Part shown: piece after piece, positions 56,942 to 64,000 of the stretch
How the letters are laid out: each line of letters opens with the position of its first letter
Position numbering within the stretch: the stretch's first letter is position 1
From: Desulfatiglandales bacterium
GTDB taxonomy: Bacteria; Desulfobacterota; DSM-4660; Desulfatiglandales; Desulfatiglandaceae
Direction of reading: 5' to 3'
DNA length: 64,000 nt
NCBI GenBank assembly: GCA_963662465.1
Contig: OY759599.1
Span: forward strand, 1,856,001-1,920,000
Translations under genes and position numbers: made by a program
The notes under the pieces: generated by a model
What the model was told of the DNA's origin: nothing
Seen by the model: the letters and a program-made list of their open reading frames with translations, nothing else
Databases searched by the model: none

Positions 56942-57421
56942 TCAATACATCATCCCACCGACATACACGCCTGCACCGACAAGAAGGTTTTTTGTTGGAA
57001 CCTTATAAATATAAGTGACCTTCTTGGAAGGTGATTTTTTCCCTGGTTTAGGCCACATGTAATCTACCCACCCCTGACCGGGATTCTTGGCAATGTTGAC
57101 AAAATGGACGAAGATCGCTTTGTCCGCGGCATCGGTTTGAAGAAATACATGTTCATGTTGGGTAAGTTCCGGCCGCATGGGATGCGCCAGCATTTTTCCA
57201 TTCAGATCCATTAAAAAGACGTAAGAATCTTTCCAAACAAAAGGGCCTTTAGGATCACCAATCATTTTAATGGATTCGTCCAATCCTCTGGCATTTATCA
57301 TTGCGGCTGCTTCACGGGCTTTTTGCACACATTCTTCGGTTGTTGCTTTTTCCCCGGCAAATGCCTGCGAGGAAAAAAGAAGTGAAATTGATATGGCGAA
57401 AACAATAAGAAATTTTTGCAT
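56942..57421 (-). CDS. Secreted stand-alone single Cache-domain protein
   Basis: Signal peptide AFA; DPKGPFVWKDSYVF, AHP, WVDYMWPKPG; AGGAG RBS. Confidence 0.87.
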   Translation of the reverse strand: MQKFLIVFAISISLLFSSQAFAGEKATTEECVQKAREAAAMINARGLDESIKMIGDPKGPFVWKDSYVFLMDLNGKMLAHPMRPELTQHEHVFLQTDAADKAIFVHFVNIAKNPGQGWVDYMWPKPGKKSPSKKVTYIYKVPTKNLLVGAGVYVGGMMY

Positions 57422-57474
57422 GGCATCTCCTTTTTTTATTAAGTTTCCTGTAAGTACACACCGTAACAAAAGGC

Positions 57475-58044
57475 TTATTTGATCCATGGTTTTCCCACTG
57501 GCAGAACATCTCTGCCAAAGACTTGGGCATAAATGACATGAGCCATCACATACCACGCGGAGGCGGCGCATAACATCAGCTCATATCCCGCAAGCTTCGT
57601 CAATTCAGGGAAACCGAAATGTGCCAGGTCAAGGAGGATAAAGCCGATGAGGAGCAACGTAAAGATCGTAGCCATTGCGCTACTAATTTTCATGGCAGGA
57701 ATCCACATGATAAAGGTGTAAAGGGTCCAACCCACCAGAAACCATCCCACATCGGTTGTACTGGAATGATAAATATTAAAATGATTGAGAATAAAAATTA
57801 TCCCAAGCGCTATCCAGAAAGACCCATAAGACACAAAAGCGCTGTAGCCGAAGTTATTGCCGCCTTTAAATTCTTGGAAACCGGCAAACATTTGGGCTAT
57901 TCCGCCGAATATAAAACCAAGCGCCACAACAGGCCCAAGATCACACCATCCTACATTGTGTACTTGCAAAAGCAGGGTTGTGAGACCAAACCCCGCAAGA
58001 CCGACAACCGCTGGATTCCCCTGAACTGTTTTACCATCAGACAT
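57475..58044 (-). CDS. satP: Acetate/succinate transporter, GPR1/FUN34/YaaH family
   Basis: NPAVVGLAGFGLTT, GGIAQ, SYGSFW. Confidence 0.85.
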   Translation of the reverse strand: MSDGKTVQGNPAVVGLAGFGLTTLLLQVHNVGWCDLGPVVALGFIFGGIAQMFAGFQEFKGGNNFGYSAFVSYGSFWIALGIIFILNHFNIYHSSTTDVGWFLVGWTLYTFIMWIPAMKISSAMATIFTLLLIGFILLDLAHFGFPELTKLAGYELMLCAASAWYVMAHVIYAQVFGRDVLPVGKPWIK

Positions 58045-58239
58045 AACCTGTCCTCCCGGCTTAAAAAAGATCTTTAAAAATATTTCATGGGCCACTTTTT
58101 GTTCTGAAATTCCAATTATACCGATTTTAATACTACACAACCTTACACGGTGAGGTCAATTCATTTTTTTTGGCAACAGGGGTTACGAAATTTTAATGTT
58201 CGGGAAAAACAAACTGTGTCAGGAGCATTCAGGTTGGCG

Positions 58240-58758
58240 TTACAAAACGGAATGGCGCCTCAGGGGTATCATCTTTCCCACCAGAATGCGCACCAGAATG
58301 TACAGGGGAATGAAGATAAATGCATAACCCACGCTGTTGCCTAAACCCGGAAGATTTAAGGGAAGCGGGAACAAAACGCCTGAAAAGCGCAGTTGCAGCC
58401 AGCCAAGGGCCAGGGGAACCGGCCACAGAGAGGCCGCCGCCATGGCCACTTGCAGAAAAAAGGTTTTGCCGTAAGCCTCGTTGGCCAGCTTATTAATCGC
58501 CTTGTAGGCTTCCTTGTCCCCGGCCTTTAAGGCATTCATGGACTGGTTGTGCCGCATGTCGGTTTCCGCCAACCCGTCCTTTACATGGGAAAGGTTCACG
58601 CGCATCACCAGGGCCATGGTCAATTTTCCAAACAGGGTCGACCATACCGCCAGCATAAAAGTCCCCAACCACCAGCCGCCCATCGGACTATTCGGCCACC
58701 GATAAGGAACAATCAGGAATTGATCAATATTGTTCAGGAGACCGGAAACAAAATCCAT
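58240..58758 (-). CDS. Hypothetical membrane protein downstream of the TauE gene
   Basis: Hydrophobic ORF; start uncertain. Confidence 0.65.
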   Translation of the reverse strand: MDFVSGLLNNIDQFLIVPYRWPNSPMGGWWLGTFMLAVWSTLFGKLTMALVMRVNLSHVKDGLAETDMRHNQSMNALKAGDKEAYKAINKLANEAYGKTFFLQVAMAAASLWPVPLALGWLQLRFSGVLFPLPLNLPGLGNSVGYAFIFIPLYILVRILVGKMIPLRRHSVL

Positions 58759-58826
58759 GTTACAAGGCCAAAAAGTGAGGGACTCCGGCCCCAATGAGCC
58801 GGAGCATGACAAAACGGATCAGAGCA

Positions 58827-60089
58827 TCAGAAGGGAGGGACGATACTGTACCCCAGGAATCCTTTGGTAATGTACCTGAGGCCCACGTAAAAAGCGAGCA
58901 CCACAAAAAGGCGTTTGAGCCAGATGTCCGGGATATATTTGGAGGTACGGGGGCCGATCATGCTGCCGATAAAAATGCCCACCAGTTCAGCGCCGATAAA
59001 ACCCCATTGAACGGGAACGCCTTTTCCCACCATATAGCTGAAAATGGAGACAATCATCCCCACCAGAACCACCAGGCCGCTGGTGCCAGCCACCAGGAAC
59101 ATGGGCAAACCGGCTACCGAGGTGAGAAAGGGTACGTACAGAAAACCGCCGCCCACACCCAGAAAAGACGCCAGGGCCGCAATAAAGACGCCGCCCAGCA
59201 TGGGAATAAAGGCTTTGAAATCAAACTCGACACCATAAAAAGAGAATCGAATGGTTCCCACAAAAAATGTCAGCGCCCAACCCGCAAGGGCCAGGATATA
59301 GGCCACCCATTTGGCGCCGTCGGCCAGGTTGGCCCAGAGGGCGCTGGCCACCACCACGCCCAGCGCCACAAACATCATGACCCAACTACCCTGAAGCACC
59401 TTGACGCCCTGCCTGCTGTCACCGCCCTTTTTGGCCTCTTTTTCAAAAGCAGCGGCTGCCTCCTTGGCCTTTTTACGCTTGGCCTGGCCGGATTTGGTGG
59501 TTTCACGGAAAAGGATAACGCCGAGGACCAAAACCGCGATGCCGAAATAACCGATGTAGGCTTTCAGACTGATTTTGCCGGCGGTTAAATCTGGAATGAG
59601 CCAGGATCCCCCCACCCCGCCAATGGCCAGACACATACCCAAAGGCGCCACAAGACGACCCATTTTGTAATAGTTAAAGCTGGAAATTAAGCCGCTTAAG
59701 CCCACCAGCCACTGGTTGGAGACACGAATGGAATCGGTCACCAGCTTGTTCATGGGATACCCCTTGCCGAAATCCTTGGCATAGTCCCCCAAACCGAAGA
59801 TGGTGATATGCCCCACACCCGCCATGATACCGCCGAAGGCGCCCACGGTTGAAAAAATCCAGCCCACCCATATGGCCCACAGGAAGCCCAGGATATAATT
59901 GACTTTTGGCGCACCGGGAATCCCCAGGAATCCGGGTTCCGCATCCTTGGCGATTTTCCCGTCGTTAATCCCCGCTGAAATGGCGTCGGAAAGGCTGTCC
60001 GCCGAAACAGACGTAGCCGTGAGCAATGGAACGGCAAAGATACTGATCACCATCAGAATACATAAAATCCATTTCACATTCCCTTTCAT
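58827..60089 (-). CDS. Sulfite exporter TauE/SafE (TSUP) family protein
   Basis: GAFGGIMAGVG and LGVGGGFLYVP...AGTS. Confidence 0.88.
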   Translation of the reverse strand: MKGNVKWILCILMVISIFAVPLLTATSVSADSLSDAISAGINDGKIAKDAEPGFLGIPGAPKVNYILGFLWAIWVGWIFSTVGAFGGIMAGVGHITIFGLGDYAKDFGKGYPMNKLVTDSIRVSNQWLVGLSGLISSFNYYKMGRLVAPLGMCLAIGGVGGSWLIPDLTAGKISLKAYIGYFGIAVLVLGVILFRETTKSGQAKRKKAKEAAAAFEKEAKKGGDSRQGVKVLQGSWVMMFVALGVVVASALWANLADGAKWVAYILALAGWALTFFVGTIRFSFYGVEFDFKAFIPMLGGVFIAALASFLGVGGGFLYVPFLTSVAGLPMFLVAGTSGLVVLVGMIVSIFSYMVGKGVPVQWGFIGAELVGIFIGSMIGPRTSKYIPDIWLKRLFVVLAFYVGLRYITKGFLGYSIVPPF

Positions 60090-60278
60090 ACCCTTCCCTC
60101 CATGCAAGTGTTTCGATTTTAAAGTAAACGGTCAATTAATTTAGAGCATCAGGATTTATGCATCAAGGAAAAAAACAAAAACCCGGGCAGCCTGCCTGTT
60201 TATTCTTGACCTATGTTGACGCCGCGGATATTTTTTACGGGCATAATAGGCATCCCCGAATCAATTAAGGAGATTTTC

Positions 60279-61694
60279 ATGATCCCACCCAGAACCAAAA
60301 TCGTCTGTACCCTTGGACCGGCAACCAGTTCCCAAAAGGTACTCAAAGAACTTATCCTGGCAGGCATGAATGTGGCAAGGCTCAATTTTTCACATGGCAC
60401 CCATAAAGACCATAAAAAAGTTGCCGATTCCGTGAAATCCCTGTCACGATCACTTCATCGACCCGTGGCCATCATGCTGGATCTCCAAGGACCCAAAATT
60501 CGTACGGGCCTGATCAAAGGGGGTTCCCTGACCGTAAAGGACCATGATCATTTTACCATCACAACCCGTGCTGTAAAAGGTGAACCGGGGATCATTTCGA
60601 CGACCTATCGAGGCATTACCAAAGACCTTGAGGCGGGTGATAAAATTCTCATGGATGATGGTTTAATTGAATTGAAGGTGCTATCCAAAGATAAGGCAAA
60701 TCTTTTCTGTGAGGTGGTTACCGGCGGGATGATCGGCGAACACAAGGGGATCAATCTCCCCGGAATCACAACCGGCATCCCCGCGGTTACGGAAAAGGAT
60801 AAAAAAGATCTGGAGTTCGGCTTGGATATGGGAATCGATTTTATAGCGGCCTCGTTTGTCCGCAGCGCCGGAGACGTCCGGGTCCTAAAACGCATTCTCA
60901 AAAGAAAAGGCGTCGACATTCCGGTGATTTCGAAAATTGAAAAACCCCAGGCCCTGGAAAAGCTGGAGGAAATCCTGGATGCATGCGAGGGCATCATGGT
61001 GGCTCGGGGGGACCTGGGCGTGGAACTTTCGCCTGAAAAAGTGCCGGTAGCCCAGAAAAAAATGATCACGCTTGCAAATCAGAAGCGAAAAATGGTCATT
61101 ACCGCCACCCAGATGCTGGAGTCCATGACGGAGCATCCCCTGCCCACTCGCGCCGAGGCATCGGACGTGGCCAATGCCATTCTGGACGGAACGGACGCCA
61201 TCATGCTGAGCGGAGAAACATCCGTTGGGAAATATCCCGTCCAGGCTGTGAAAATGATGGCCAGAATCGCCCGGGTAACTGAAAGTAATTTTCCCCCGGC
61301 TTCGCCTTTTACGCGAAAAGCATCTAACTTTCCCGATGCCATTTCTGAAGCCGCCTGCCTGGCGGCGGAGAACCTGGGGTTAAAAGCTATTGTGGCGTTT
61401 TCCCAATCCGGTTTTACGGCCCGGCTGATTTCAAAATACAGACCATCGGTTCCCATCATCGCCTTTACGCCCATTGAATCAGTTCAACGCTCCCTTGCCC
61501 TCAGTTGGGGCGTAGACGCCATGGTGATGCCCCTCATGGACAATACGGACATCATGATCAAGGCCATGGAAGAACAGCTGCGAAAAAGAAAACTGGTCCG
61601 GAAAAATGATCGTATCGTCATCCTTGGCGGAGCGCCTCTTAAGACACAGGGGAAAACCAACATGATGAAACTGCATGTGGTCGGAGAGGAATGA
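60279..61694 (+). CDS. pyk: Pyruvate kinase
   Basis: RTKIVCTLGP, RLNFSHG, MVARGDLGVE, ATQMLESM, MLSGET. Confidence 0.97.
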   Translation: MIPPRTKIVCTLGPATSSQKVLKELILAGMNVARLNFSHGTHKDHKKVADSVKSLSRSLHRPVAIMLDLQGPKIRTGLIKGGSLTVKDHDHFTITTRAVKGEPGIISTTYRGITKDLEAGDKILMDDGLIELKVLSKDKANLFCEVVTGGMIGEHKGINLPGITTGIPAVTEKDKKDLEFGLDMGIDFIAASFVRSAGDVRVLKRILKRKGVDIPVISKIEKPQALEKLEEILDACEGIMVARGDLGVELSPEKVPVAQKKMITLANQKRKMVITATQMLESMTEHPLPTRAEASDVANAILDGTDAIMLSGETSVGKYPVQAVKMMARIARVTESNFPPASPFTRKASNFPDAISEAACLAAENLGLKAIVAFSQSGFTARLISKYRPSVPIIAFTPIESVQRSLALSWGVDAMVMPLMDNTDIMIKAMEEQLRKRKLVRKNDRIVILGGAPLKTQGKTNMMKLHVVGEE

Positions 61695-61698
61695 CAAT

Positions 61699-61726
61699 TG
61701 CGGATTTCGGATTTCGGATTTCGGAA
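61699..61726 (+). repeat. Heptamer tandem repeat (TTTCGGA)n after pyk
   Basis: ttgcgga tttcgga tttcgga tttcgga. Confidence 0.8.
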
Positions 61727-61860
61727 TGGGAAAAGAACCGCGAGCTTCGAAATACTTGCAATTTTGAAGCGTTGTTTGGTATGTTTGGACACGGGAAGCG
61801 TGAAACATCTCCCACGAACGGTTGCGAAAAATAAATAAAACCCAATGGAATTAATATAAA

Positions 61861-63039
61861 ATGATCGGTATATCAAAACTATATTGCGGTACGGTGGAGC
61901 CCTCCGACGCCCTTCGATACGGACGGCGCTCAAAGGACCTCCCCAGCCATCTCCTTCAGTTTTCCGAAGACAAACGACCCGTGGTAGTCTGGAACATCAC
62001 CAAGGCCTGCAACCTCAAGTGCGTCCATTGCTACGCCAGGGCGGTTGAAGAAAAATCCAAGGGGGAACTCACCCATGAGCAAGGCTTGCGCTTGATCGAT
62101 GACCTGGCGGACTTCGGTTCGCCGGTGATGCTGTTCTCGGGGGGCGAACCCCTTATGCGGCCCGATCTGGTGGACCTGGCCAATTATGCGGTAAGTAAAG
62201 GAATGCGTGCGGTCATCTCCACCAACGGCACCCTCATTACACCGCAAAAAGCCAGGGAATTAAAACAGGTGGGACTTTCCTATGTGGGGGTTAGCATCGA
62301 CGGCATGGAACCGGTAAATGATCGGTTCCGCGGCAAAAAAGGCGCATTTAAAGCCGCCATGGAAGGCATCCGCAACTGCCAGGCGGTGGGCCTGAAAGTG
62401 GGACTCAGGTTCACCATCAACCGAATGAATGCAGCGGAGATTCCCCGCATCTTTGACGTGGTTGAAGAAATGGAGATTCCCCGCATCTGTTTTTATCACC
62501 TGGTATATGCGGGGCGGGGGTCCGAGCTGGTGGAAGAGGACCTGGATCATTCCCAAACCAGAGCCGCAGTAAACCTCATCATGGACCGCACCCGGGACCT
62601 TCATGATCGCGGAAAACCCAAAGAGGTGCTTACCGTGGACAACCATGCGGACGGCCCTTATGTATACCTTCGCATGCTGAAAGAAAAGGACCCAAGGGCG
62701 GAAGACGTTCTCCAATTGCTCCGAATGAATGAAGGGAACAGTTCGGGATTGGGCATCGGTTGCGTCAGCTGGGACGGTGAGGTACATGCGGACCAGTTCT
62801 GGCGCCACACCAGTTTCGGCAATGTTCTGAAACGCCCTTTCAGCGAAATCTGGTCAGATCTTTCCAATCCGTTGATGGCAAAACTCAAAGAAAAAAAGAA
62901 ACATGTCAAGGGACGTTGCGCCGTATGTCGGTGGCTGGACGTGTGCGCCGGGAATTTCAGGGTCAGGGCCGAAGCGGTGACAGGCGATATCTGGGCCGCC
63001 GAGCCGGCGTGTTACCTGACCGATGAGGAAATATCATGA
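61861..63039 (+). CDS. ahbC: 12,18-didecarboxysiroheme deacetylase (radical SAM/SPASM, alternative heme pathway)
   Basis: [10 protein letters not shown]...[23 protein letters not shown]-terminal CAVC..C..C; upstream of hemB. Confidence 0.88.
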   Translation: MIGISKLYCGTVEPSDALRYGRRSKDLPSHLLQFSEDKRPVVVWNITKACNLKCVHCYARAVEEKSKGELTHEQGLRLIDDLADFGSPVMLFSGGEPLMRPDLVDLANYAVSKGMRAVISTNGTLITPQKARELKQVGLSYVGVSIDGMEPVNDRFRGKKGAFKAAMEGIRNCQAVGLKVGLRFTINRMNAAEIPRIFDVVEEMEIPRICFYHLVYAGRGSELVEEDLDHSQTRAAVNLIMDRTRDLHDRGKPKEVLTVDNHADGPYVYLRMLKEKDPRAEDVLQLLRMNEGNSSGLGIGCVSWDGEVHADQFWRHTSFGNVLKRPFSEIWSDLSNPLMAKLKEKKKHVKGRCAVCRWLDVCAGNFRVRAEAVTGDIWAAEPACYLTDEEIS

Positions 63040-63064
63040 AAATTCAATTGGGAGAAATCAACCC

Positions 63065-64000
63065 ATGATCATACGACCGAGACGACTGAGACGGACCAAG
63101 GCCATCCGCGAAATGGTTCGAGAGACCCGGCTTTCCACAAAGGATTTTATTGCACCCCTGTTTGTGAAACACGGGAAAAACGTCAAGGACCCCATCCCCT
63201 CCATGCCCGGCCAGTTTCAATTTTCCCCTGATACCCTTGTGGGAGAGGCCGAAGAACTCTGGGCCTTAGGCGTTCCCGCTTTGATCCTTTTTGGCCTGCC
63301 GGACAAAAAAGACCCCACGGGAAGCCGCTCCTGGGCGGAAGACGGCATTGTGCAAACAGGCGTCAAGGCCGTCAAAGACCGTTTACCGGACATGGTGGTC
63401 ATAACGGATGTGTGCCTTTGCGAATACACAGATCACGGGCATTGCGGCGTCATTTTAAACGGCGTCGTGGATAATGATGCCACGTTGGATCTACTGGCCC
63501 GACAGGCCGTCAGCCATTGCGAAGCAGGCGCTGACTTCGTTGCCCCTTCCGATATGATGGACGGCCGTGTCGGCCATATTCGACGCGCCCTGGATGAAGC
63601 CGACTATGCGGACCGGGGCATTCTTTCCTATGCCGTCAAATACGCTTCCGCATTTTACGGTCCCTTTCGGGATGCCGCGGACTCGGCGCCCCAGTTTGGT
63701 GATCGCACCGGCTACCAGATGGACCCGGCCAATGCTCTTGAAGCCCTTAAGGAGGCGGAGCTGGACATTGCGGAGGGCGCAGACATGATCATGGTCAAAC
63801 CCGCCCTGCCCTATCTGGATATTATATCCCGGGTTCGCGATATCAGTCTGCTTCCCCTGGCGGCTTACAATGTGAGCGGCGAATACGCCATGGTCAAGGC
63901 GGCAGCGGAAAAAGGATGGCTGGATGGGGAACGGACCATGATGGAAATGCTGGTGGCCATTAAGCGGGCGGGCGCCGACCTGATTCTGACCTATTTTGCA
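63065..64000 (+). CDS. hemB: Porphobilinogen synthase (3'-partial)
   Basis: Translates [48 protein letters not shown]. Confidence 0.97.
   Translation, partial: MIIRPRRLRRTKAIREMVRETRLSTKDFIAPLFVKHGKNVKDPIPSMPGQFQFSPDTLVGEAEELWALGVPALILFGLPDKKDPTGSRSWAEDGIVQTGVKAVKDRLPDMVVITDVCLCEYTDHGHCGVILNGVVDNDATLDLLARQAVSHCEAGADFVAPSDMMDGRVGHIRRALDEADYADRGILSYAVKYASAFYGPFRDAADSAPQFGDRTGYQMDPANALEALKEAELDIAEGADMIMVKPALPYLDIISRVRDISLLPLAAYNVSGEYAMVKAAAEKGWLDGERTMMEMLVAIKRAGADLILTYFA

Overview
Chromosomal window from an anaerobic bacterium, probably a Desulfobacterota (deltaproteobacterial) one; this is inferred from ahbC-hemB, a CFI-box protein, sigma54 promoters and heptamer/REP repeats. Core or metabolic genes include a tandem CDP-alcohol phosphatidyltransferase, sigma54-driven amtB plus P-II, a cold-shock protein, radical SAM enzymes, two convergent xanthine-oxidase-family Mo-hydroxylase operons, a HisJ-family PHP phosphatase, satP, a TauE exporter, pyk, ahbC and partial hemB. 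Accessory content is: (1) a complete 1.9-kb ISAs1 element with TIRs, a 10-bp TSD, a DUF4338/DruA-like N-terminal fusion, an internal start and a -1 frameshift site; (2) an orphan 2552-aa NRPS of unusual A-T-C-F-(C')-A-T-TE layout, with an internal formyltransferase and an in-frame REP insertion; (3) an ABC1-kinase/lipase/phasin/PhaR-like cluster whose two promoters share a 28-bp promoter-operator box, with no phaC in the window; and (4) a roughly 10-kb defence-like island holding a DUF1016 relic, a fused R-M enzyme, a DUF2971-like/ankyrin chimera, Fic, a REP-like element, an AAA ATPase and a toxin-antitoxin pair among attC-like sites with no integrase. All family calls come from motif recognition by eye; no database searches were run.
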